Part shown: in pieces, positions 25,671-35,252 of the stretch
Layout: every line of letters begins with the position of its first letter
Numbering within the stretch: position 1 is the stretch's first letter
Source: Welwitschia mirabilis
Taxonomy: Eukaryota
Assembly: GCA_051453625.1 (NCBI GenBank)
Contig: JBOZIK010000001.1
Span: 14,808,464 to 14,843,715 of the forward strand
DNA: 35,252 nucleotides
Direction of reading: 5' to 3'
Notes under the pieces: generated by a model
Databases searched by the model: none
The model's input: only the letters and a program-made list of their open reading frames with translations
What the model was told of the DNA's origin: nothing
Program-made: the position numbers and the translations under genes

Positions 25671-25797
25671 AACCCTCCTTTGGTAACAAATCTAAGAATT
25701 ATATTACCATTACAATTAAAATACTAGAACATGCCTCCAGCATAACAATCCATATAAAATTTACTACATAAGTATGGAGTAACCACTATAAAGTGTA

Positions 25798-25908
25798 CTA
25801 ACCATGATAATATAGACTAATCATAATAATGTAAACTAACTAATCATGATAATGTAAACTAACCATGATAATATGACTAACTATGATAATGTGGACTAAT
25901 CATAATAA
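25798..25908. repeat. ~6 copies of a 19-bp unit (CTAA[C/T]CAT[G/A]ATAAT[G/A]T[A/G][G/A]A)
   Basis: Head-to-tail units read directly from the sequence, between the end of D gag and the PPT. Confidence 0.8.
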
Positions 25909-25929
25909 GGAACAAATCCAACATTTAAA

Positions 25930-26700
25930 AAATTAGAGCTTTATCTTCAAAATTTTCTTATTTATTGTCTTACTGCTATCATTAGCTTAAATTCTTTAAT
26001 TTTTCATCAAGTGAATCCTTTTCTCATTGAAAGTAGTTTATTACTACATTACCTTACTTGTTGCAATAATAGCATTTTGTCCTTTTTTATCATCTTTTAT
26101 TTCTTTTCTGAAAATTCTTCCTTTGAGAAATTTAAGCACCTTTTTTGAGTTCATGTTAATACATCATTTTATGTTCTTCAATGAGTGTGAAGATGATACT
26201 TTCTAATGTGCAAGAAGTCTTCTTTAAAGTGAAGATGATGTGATCATATGAACAAGGAAGACTACTTAGCAAAATGGCTTTGGCATCTTTATTATTAACT
26301 CTTGAATTCACTATTATAAGTTATAACAGAAGTGATCTAAAGTAAATTATGTGTTGATTCCTGTCTCCTAAATTTAATATTTTTAAATTATATAATTGAT
26401 GTTTTAATTCTTGTTTTGCTTCATTTTCACTTGTATCAAATAATTTGCATAAGTCATTCCAATCTTCTTTTGATGTCTTACTTAAGTTAATATAATAAAG
26501 ATAATTATCTTCCAGATCAAGCCCAATAAGAAAAAGGGCTTCATCATCTTTCCATTCATCTTGTCAAGATTGTTTGGCTCTAGTACTATACCACTTGTTA
26601 CTTTTCACACACCTTTATTAATTAATTAAATTTGCATTTTCATTTACTAAGTGTGAAAATTCTTCCCATTAAACTTCTTAATATTCTTTTCCATTGACAT
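25930..26700 (-). pseudogene. gag: gag pseudogene of D (copia UBN2-type with zinc knuckle)
   Basis: MSMEKNIKKFNGKNFHT**MKMQ...WKDDEALFLIGLDLEDNYLYYINLSKTSKEDWNDLCKLFD...KAILLSSLPCSYDHII...KCYYCNK*GNV. Confidence 0.85.
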
Positions 26701-27864
26701 GAGTTAATAAATTTAAGCCTTTAAAATAATTATTTTTGAAATAAAATAGATACTGCTCCTCCTTGAAGTGGATTCTTTTCTCTTCCCCACTTAAAATTAA
26801 TAATGTTATTAGTTTTATTTTCTTTACAACATAAATGAGACAACTAAAAAATGCCTTCTAACATTATGGAAGAGAGTAAATACTCAAAGGAACAAAATAT
26901 TAAGGATGAAAGTCAAATATTATATAAGAAACAAAATTAGAGGATTTTGATGTTGCTTCAAGATGTACAAACTTTGATGCATAGATTATGTCCCTCAATT
27001 AATTTGATAAAGTTTTTCCAACTCCCTACTAGCGGTAATGCTATGTAGTATTTCATGTAAAGGAATAGCATAAAGTAGCAACAGAAAGACTAAAAATAAT
27101 GAAACTTGTAATTAGGTGTGACGATTCCCAAAGGATCTCATGCAATACTAGTATGCCTAAGACATTGAGTGATAGTAGATTAGGGATCCACACCATTACA
27201 TACTAATAAAAATAAAGCAGGAAGATCATGGTGGCATTCAAAGGAATCATTTCTTAGGAAGATTCATCTCCTCCTCTTCAATGCAAGTACTAATATCATT
27301 TATTTCAGCAAAACCATGGATGAGAAAATGCTAAAGGTAAAGGGCATGACACTTAATGTAATAGACTCTAGGAAGGCATATGTGATGAGCAAAAAATGGA
27401 ATAGTATTCGAAATATGAGTATCAAGGCCTTCAAAAGTCTCATCAAAAAGTGTAATTCTTCCCTTTCTTTCTTCATTTGCTTCAAATACAAATCTTGCAA
27501 ATTCACAAACTAGAATGCAATCCCTTTATTTTCTTTCTTAAAGGAAAAACCTTGCAATGATTTATAAATTACATCTCAAATGATAATTCCTCTATTTCCT
27601 TCAAAATAGAAATCTTGTAATTAGCCTTTTGAAAAACATCAAATAAAGAGGAAGTGGTAATTGAGGATATGGAAAGTGGATTAAATAAAAGAGGGCAGCT
27701 ATCTTCAATGGTTAGAAACTCAAAAAAATGGGATCAGTGTTGTTTGTAAGCTTCAAGAGCATAACAGTGCTCATTTAAAATGACCTTTTATATTTATCAT
27801 AGGTGCAACTAGGACAGATAGGGGTAGTAGTTAAGCTAATGCCCTGTCATGCTCTGATATTAAT

Positions 27865-28104
27865 TATGATGTTACAAAGCATAAGGTAGCATAGTAGAAA
27901 TAAGGGTAAAGCCATAATATTAGCATGAAACTCTAGCTTAAATCTTTCCTTAATGAATTACCATATAAATACATTACATCTTTTTAATTTGGATCCACAA
28001 AATATGAATTATATCTAAAATCATGTGAAGAACAATCTAAAAATAAGTGAAACAAGCTGGCATATGAGCATTCCCATAATATCTTATTCAAATAGATTCC
28101 AACA
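27865..28104 (-). repeat. 5' LTR of D (240 bp)
   Basis: Adjacent to the PBS; ends TATTCAAATAGATTCCAACA, like 25651-25670. Confidence 0.88.
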
Positions 28105-28109
28105 TGTTT

Positions 28110-31100
28110 TTAATCAAAAACGTGATGAATAAGAGGACTAGTTCTTTAAAATTAAAGAAGATGATATAATAACTAAAGAAGAAGAGACCAAAGAGGCTAA
28201 TAATGATGATGGACATGAAGAGGATTTGATGGATGCATAACAAGAGCTCTTTGAATAAAGTAAAAAGATCCTAAAATAGAATTCTTACTTGAAGATGGAT
28301 GTAACCCAATATGAACATAAGAAGAAGAAGTTAACATCAGAATTAAATCTTACAAATAAGAATTTAGAAACTCAAGAATCCTACTTTAAGAAGGAGATAA
28401 GATATCTTTAAGACCTTACAAGAGGAAGAAAAAACAAATGTAAGTATTAGTTTAGTTTCAAAAATTAATGATTTGAATAAAATTATTTTTTAAGTTTTCT
28501 GTAGGTAGTAAATCATTAAAGACTAGGCTATTCAAACAAATAGCACTAAGCGATAAAATGGCTTTGGATCCATGCCATCTCTTATCTTATCTTTTATACT
28601 AGCCTTATCAAATAAGTCATCATGTATTTTCAATGTTAAATCTTGAATGTCCACAAACTTTAAATCATGTGATGCCCAACCTTAATCTCAAAATATTAAA
28701 TTTAGCAAAAAGAATGGGAAATTCAATAGGTTTGATCATATTAAACTTAATTGTTATTTTGGTAATGCATTTTCTAGATTTAAAACTTTAGCTCATTATT
28801 AGTTTGTCAAGAAAAAGCTAAAGTTTAATATTATACGGAGGAATGGTAAAGCTCATAAGAGTCTTTCAATTCACATTGCTTTCATAGCTATTAATGATAT
28901 TTACTAGTATCTTAATAGTGATTCCTCAAGATACATAACAGAAGACATAAGTAAATTCATAAAGATAGATAAATGTAATAGAAGTGATATGTCCTTTAAG
29001 AACAATGACAAGGCATTGATGCAAGGGGTTGGCATTGTTGGTGTTAAGGAGTTCCCGATGTTACATAATGTTCTTTTATGTCAATGGATTAAAACACAAC
29101 CTTCTTAGCATCAATCAAATTTGTAACAAAGGTCTATACATTATATTTAGTGCTTCTAATTATCATGTTTTAGATAGTCAAGATAAAATTATATTAATTA
29201 ATGATAGAGATGAAAATTTACATTCTATTGGACAATCATTAAGAAAAAAATTTTTATATTTTATGTCATCAAATGNNNNNNNNNNNNNNNNNNNNNNNNN
29301 NNNNNNNNNNNNNNNNNNNNNNNNNNNNNNNNNNNNNNNNNNNNNNNNNNNNNNNNNNNNNNNNNNNNNNNNNNNNNNNNNNNNNNNNNNNNNNNNNNNN
29401 NNNNNNNNNNNNNNNNNNNNNNNNNNNNNNNNNNNNNNNNNNNNNNNNNNNNNNNNNNNNNNNNNNNNNNNNNNNNNNNNNNNNNNNNNNNNNNNNNNNN
29501 NNNNNNNNNNNNNNNNNNNNNNNNNNNNNNNNNNNNNNNNNNNNNNNNNNNNNNNNNNNNNNNNNNNNNNNNNNNNNNNNNNNNNNNNNNNNNNNNNNNN
29601 NNNNNNNNNNNNNNNNNNNNNNNNNNNNNNNNNNNNNNNNNNNNNNNNNNNNNNNNNNNNNNNNNNNNNNNNNNNNNNNNNNNNNNNNNNNNNNNNNNNN
29701 NNNNNNNNNNNNNNNNNNNNNNNNNNNNNNNNNNNNNNNNNNNNNNNNNNNNNNNNNNNNNNNNNNNNNNNNNNNNNNNNNNNNNNNNNNNNNNNNNNNN
29801 NNNNNNNNNNNNNNNNNNNNNNNNNNNNNNNNNNNNNNNNNNNNNNNNNNNNNNNNNNNNNNNNNNNNNNNNNNNNNNNNNNNNNNNNNNNNNNNNNNNN
29901 NNNNNNNNNNNNNNNNNNNNNNNNNNNNNNNNNNNNNNNACATCTCTAAACATGATCTTGTCAGATACATTCCAACATTGAGCAAAGTTAAAGGAGATTT
30001 ATGTTATGCTTACCAACTTGAAAAACAAACTAAAAAGAGTTTTTATAAGACTCATTAAGTATCCCCTTAATAGTAATTAGACTTGATTCATCTTGAATTT
30101 GTAGATCTTTCCCCTACAGAGAGTCTTAATTAATATGGATAACTTCTCAAAATTCACATGGATGTTATTTTTAAGACATAAGAATGAAGCTTTTGAAAAG
30201 TTCTAAATCTTGAGTAGGAAATTAAAAAATGAGACTAGTCCTAACATTAATAAGATTAGAAGTGATTATAGAGTAGAATTTGAAAATTAGATGTTTCAAA
30301 AATGGTATAAGAAAAAAGGTGTCATCCATAAGTTTTGAGCCTCTAGAAACATCCAAAAAAAATGGTGTTGTGAAAAATACGAATAAGGTTCTGTAAGACA
30401 TGATTAGAATAATGCTCTAAGAAAAGGATATATTGAAAATATTTTGGGCTTAGGATTTTTACATATTTTTCCACATATCCAAGAGATATTTTCTAATACT
30501 AGGTCCCACTAAAACTCTTTATGATATGTGGAAATTGAAAAGGCCAAATGTATCACATTTTAAAATATTTATTAGTAAGTGTTATATTCTAACAATAATG
30601 ATTAAACTAAAAATTTTAACTATAAATAATTTAATGACATCTTTCTTGGATATTTCAAATTAAGAAAAACTTACAGGCTGTTTAATCAAAATTTAGGTAG
30701 AACTCTGGAAGGTGTACATGTTAGAGTGGATGAAGGTAACTGTAGAAATGATGATGGAGATGATGAAGTAGGGATAATTTCTTATAGGATTAAATCAAAT
30801 GCTTAATCTTACACTTCCTCACCTTTTTCTCCACCTTCCTCACCCAAGAAGTCTTCAATACCACAAACTAAGGGACATTGAAAGAAATAATTATGCCAAA
30901 GGACATATTGGTAGATTCTATAATAAGTAATGTCTTTAATGAAGTAAAGACTAGAATTTTAATTTATGCTAATGTGGGTTTTATCTCTAGCTTAGCACCT
31001 AAGTACTTTGAAGAAGTTAAATAAGATGATTATTGGATTAATGCCATGCAAAAACAACTTGATCAATTAAACAAAAGTAATGTATGGAAGTTTATTTCAA

Positions 31101-33090
31101 GTTCATGAGATCAAAATGATATTGGAACAAAATTGGTCTTTAAGAATAAGATAAATAAATACTCCCAAGTTGTAAGAAATAACGAAAGGCTAGTTACATA
31201 AGGGTACATAAATAGGGAAGACACTAATTTTAAGGATACCTTTGCACCAGTATCTNNNNNNNNNNNNNNNNNNNNNNNNNNNNNNNNNNNNNNNNNNNNN
31301 NNNNNNNNNNNNNNNNNNNNNNNNNNNNNNNNNNNNNNNNNNNNNNNNNNNNNNNNNNNNNNNNNNNNNNNNNNNNNNNNNNNNNNNNNNNNNNNNNNNN
31401 NNNNNNNNNNNNNNNNNNNNNNNNNNNNNNNNNNNNNNNNNNNNNNNNNNNNNNNNNNNNNNNNNNNNNNNNNNNNNNNNNNNNNNNNNNNNNNNNNNNN
31501 NNNNNNNNNNNNNNNNNNNNNNNNNNNNNNNNNNNNNNNNNNNNNNNNNNNNNNNNNNNNNNNNNNNNNNNNNNNNNNNNNNNNNNNNNNNNNNNNNNNN
31601 NNNNNNNNNNNNNNNNNNNNNNNNNNNNNNNNNNNNNNNNNNNNNNNNNNNNNNNNNNNNNNNNNNNNNNNNNNNNNNNNNNNNNNNNNNNNNNNNNNNN
31701 NNNNNNNNNNNNNNNNNNNNNNNNNNNNNNNNNNNNNNNNNNNNNNNNNNNNNNNNNNNNNNNNNNNNNNNNNNNNNNNNNNNNNNNNNNNNNNNNNNNN
31801 NNNNNNNNNNNNNNNNNNNNNNNNNNNNNNNNNNNNNNNNNNNNNNNNNNNNNNNNNNNNNNNNNNNNNNNNNNNNNNNNNNNNNNNNNNNNNNNNNNNN
31901 NNNCACCTAGATCTACACTAGAATCTATTCATATCTTTCTTACTATATCCTATTTTTACAACTTTAAAATTTATAAAATGGATGTAAAAGGTGCTTTTTT
32001 AAATGGTACCTTAAACAAACTTGATTTTGTAGAATAACCCTCTAGCTTTGAGGAACTAGAGCATCCTAATAATGTTTATAGATTAAAAAAGGCTCTATAT
32101 AAACTTAAACAATCATCTTGATCATGCTTGCAAAAGCTCACTTTTTTCCTTTTAGCACATGATTTCATTAAAGGTAAAATTGATAAGACTTTATTTATTA
32201 AAATTGTAAAAGTCTAATTTCTTATTATCCAAATCTATGTTAATGATATAATCTTTGGAGTAACCATGGACTTTATGTCTCACAAGCTTACCAATATTAT
32301 AACTAACCATTTTAAAATAAGTCATCTAGATGAGATACAAATGTTTCTTGCTTTATAAGTGAAGCAAATAAAAGATGGTATGTTTTTATCACAACAAAAA
32401 TTTATAGGCAAGCTTGTAAGGAAGTTTGGATTGGATCAATGAAAATTGGCATTCATGCCTATGGGCAACAATGACAAATAAATACTAATGAAAATGGCAA
32501 CAATGTGGATACAAAATTGTATAAGAGCATGATGAAGAGTTTCCTTTACTTAATAACTAGCTATCCAAATATTACATTTATGATAGGACTTTGTGTTAGG
32601 TACTAATCTAAACCAAATTAATTTCACCTTAGAGCTATTAAGTGAACTCTTAGGTATGTAAAAGAAAGTTTAAATAATGAAATTTGGTGTTTTAGATATA
32701 CTTAATTAGATCTATCTTTTTTTTATGATGCTAATTAGCCTTTATAGTCTTATCTACCATTGAAGTAAAATATGTAGTCACTGGTAGTTATATAGCCTAA
32801 GTCTTGTGGATCCATTAGGTTTTAAAAGATCTTGATATTCAAATAATAACTATTCTTATTTTTTGTAATAATTCAAGTATCATAGATGTTTCCAAGAATC
32901 TTGTTCTTTACTCTAGAACTAAACATATTGACATCTCATACCATTTCATTATAGATCATGTTAAGACCTAGGATACCAAACTTAAATGTGTGCCCACTGA
33001 TGATTAACTTGCTAACATTCTCATGAAACCTCTTTTTTAAGGCTATTTCACCTTGCTTTGCATATTTTTAAATCTTGATCCCTATCCTTA
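28110..33090 (+). pseudogene. pol: Remainder of gag and pol pseudogene of C
   Basis: PR relic *YLNSDSSRYIT (~28905-28940), YVNGLKHNLLSI, INT KIRSDYRVEFEN (~30252-30287), RT YKMDVKGAFLNG and QIYVNDIIFG (~32230-32260), RH HSRTKHIDI-like YSRTKHIDISYHFI (~32909-32950); two large N gaps. Confidence 0.9.
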
Positions 33091-34068
33091 AATAGCTCTT
33101 CATCATCTTTTCTTCCCTCTTCACATATTTTTTCACAACCTTTCAATCCTCTAAATTTCTTTTACCATACCTATGTAGGTCAAATTTTATTTTTACTAAT
33201 TCATGAATTTTTCTGTTAGGAGATACACCTCACATTGCATTTAGTGGACCCTTAGTGGATGCGTATCCTTATTTCCAAGTCAAGTGCTCTTCTCTTAATT
33301 CTAACAAGATGTTTTTAAGTCTTAGACAATCAACCACTATTCTTAGCAGGTTAACCATTCTTGATCATGAAATATCATTTTTCTTTAAGACATTTTACTA
33401 CCTAAGCTTAGGGACCAATCATGCACTATCTAACTCATGTAAATCTATAAATTATCAATATGAATCCTGATTTTTATTTAATCTTATCTCAAGTTCTAGT
33501 GCATCATTGCAATCATTTCTTTCGTAATCACAGTCTTGATCATTTTTCAATGTTTTAATGGAATTTTTAAAGTTTTAATTCATATTCTTTACATCTTTCA
33601 TTAACTTTACTTTATATTTTTTAGTCTTATCTTGAATTTTTTTAATATTTTATTATCCTTTTCTAAAAAAATTTTCTTTTCATATGTTTTCTTACCATTT
33701 TCTCTTAGATTTTATGCTTTCTATCCTTTATTAACCTATATTAAACTAGTTTTGTTTGATTTGTACACAAGTTCATGCATTTAAATCATAATCTAAAAAT
33801 TTTTTTCTTATTCTAAATTATTCTTTTACTTTTCTTAGAAATCATTAAAGCCTTGATTTAGTCTCCTTAGATACTATTTTATCCCAAATAGATTTTTTAT
33901 AGATTGTATAGCTTAGGAATCTTAATTTTATTAAAGTTGTATCATCCCAATTTTTTCTAATAACTTATATTTACTATCTTATATAAAAATAATTTTTTTG
34001 CATATTTATTTCATTCTTACAACTATTATTTTTCTTCAGTGGTTCTAATAGTATTTCTTAACTAGAGG

Positions 34069-35252
34069 ATGGCACCTAGACTACTTAATGCAATCAAGGA
34101 AAAAGGGATTAAGGGATGCTATTCTTATTGGATTGAATTATTTGATAAGATGAACATGCAAGATTTAATGAAATTCAAGAATTATTTTAGAACTGAAAAG
34201 GACTTAAGGAACATGCTATCTAGTTAGAAATCTTCAAATCCATATGGATGCCTATGGAGTAAATGTTATAGTATCAAGAGCAAAAATCAGTACTCACATC
34301 TTGTTTGGACATACTAACAAAGGTAGTTGGCTAATTCTATGCTAATGTAAGGATTGTGTCTATTCAATATTTAGTTAACAGAACCATGATTTCAAAGATA
34401 GACCTCACGGTGACTCTAGGTATCATTGCACAAGTATTAGGTATGACTAGAGAACATGTTCATAACCTGTCCTTCCTAGGTTTTAATTATCTAGAGAGGT
34501 TTTAGCATGTCTTGAACTTATGTAAAGCAAAGTTTACCTAGGAGGCATCCATAGCCCTTAGAGCCAAACACTTGATGATACTATTATATGTGCTACACCT
34601 CACTTTTTAATACATTCTTCTAACTCTCATTGGTCATAGAGATTATGTAACTTTGTATTGGCTTAGATTCCTCCACTTGCTTTACACTCAGTGAAAGGCA
34701 GATGCACTGATGGCAATTTTTAAATTCTTAGTGCATACATTTAGTATAATAATAGGACACTCAAATATTAAGGCTTAATCATAGAATTATGTTGACACTT
34801 CAAAATCCTCTTATCTTATCATAATATCATGATTCTGAAGCCCTTTCAACCTTTGAACTACTCCAATTTAACAAGCATGCATATCATTGAGACTGGTCTA
34901 GTACCAAAATCTTCCCACTACATATCATTAGCAACACCATAGGCTCCTTTTTCAATTATTCACTAATATGCTACATGCTTTAGAGGGCCTATATATTTGA
35001 TGATGGACTTATTACATCCATTAATAGATGACTCTATGAGAACAAGAAAGCTACCTTCTTAAGTGAATGCACAGGGATGCATCTAAGGCTTTTAGAGCTT
35101 CATCACCAATACCATCCTACTTATAGATACCGTTACCTACTTTTCCACTAGACTATTTAGGTTTAGAGAAAAAGGAGAAGGAGGAAATAGAGAAGTAGCT
35201 AACAGAGGAGGTTGAAGATGTTTTAGAAGAGGAGAAGACCAAAGAAGAAGAC
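34069..35252 (+). pseudogene. Extra 3' (env-like) ORF of C, decayed, incomplete at the window end
   Basis: MAPRLLNAIKEKGIKGCYSYWIELFDKMNMQDLMKFKNYF..., FYAN (34335-34346), DLTVTLGIIAQVLGM, E/K-rich tract from ~35165; starts ~1 kb downstream of RNase H. Confidence 0.7.

Larger units (their letters stand above)
25452..28104 (-). mobile_element. Element D: 2.65-kb non-autonomous, gag-only LTR element (TR-GAG-like)
   Basis: Direct repeats 25452-25670 and 27865-28104 (outer ends TG...CA), exact TSD TGTTT (25447-25451 / 28105-28109), PBS GCTCTGATATTA (27851-27862), PPT AACCCTCCTTT (25671-25681), copia gag relic, no pol motifs. Confidence 0.9.
23147..35252 (+). mobile_element. Element C: degenerate Sirevirus-like Ty1/copia element, interrupted by D, running off the window end
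   Basis: LTR with ATTCAACCCTTTCCTCT (~24219-24235), PBS at 24257, gag-PR-INT-RT-RH, then an extra ORF from 34069. Confidence 0.87.

Noticed and set aside
25798..25908. CRISPR-like reading of the 19-bp array (also the 91-bp array and the GGTCGAC motifs)
   Set aside because: Units are contiguous or degenerate, there are no unique constant-length spacers or cas genes, and the context is eukaryotic retroelement DNA.
17223..31910. Long ORFs in the track (17223-17804, 29029-30058, 31190-31910; similarly 6313-6518, 6963-7166, 10570-10809)
   Set aside because: Their length comes from runs of N translated as X.
33480..34060. Very T-rich stretch as an intron or separate element
   Set aside because: No flanking exons or terminal repeats; it fits the AT-rich spacer between pol and the extra ORF.

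Overview
AT-rich, CpG-poor plant-type intergenic DNA made up almost entirely of old, nested, pseudogenised LTR retrotransposons, with several N gaps. I see no intact host gene, RNA gene or CRISPR array. Layout: (B) a minus-strand Ty1/copia element of Sirevirus (SIRE/Maximus) type at 1-18442; (A) a plus-strand Sirevirus-type element at 3058-11221 inserted into B's extra 3' ORF; (E) an orphan extra (env-like) ORF fragment at 18443-~19950; (F) an LTR+PBS+gag stub at 20047-~21087; (G) a badly decayed, probably Ty3/gypsy pol remnant at ~21090-23146; (C) a plus-strand Sirevirus-type element from ~23147 to the window end; (D) a 2.65-kb gag-only, short-LTR element with a perfect 5-bp TSD at 25452-28104, nested in C. 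The most noteworthy points are element D (no pol, unexplained 1.15-kb leader, 19-bp array), three copies of the extra FY(A/T)N ORF, and element-specific palindrome arrays present both in the LTR and just downstream of pol. I found no convincing evidence of a wholly new biological system. All identities are by-eye estimates.
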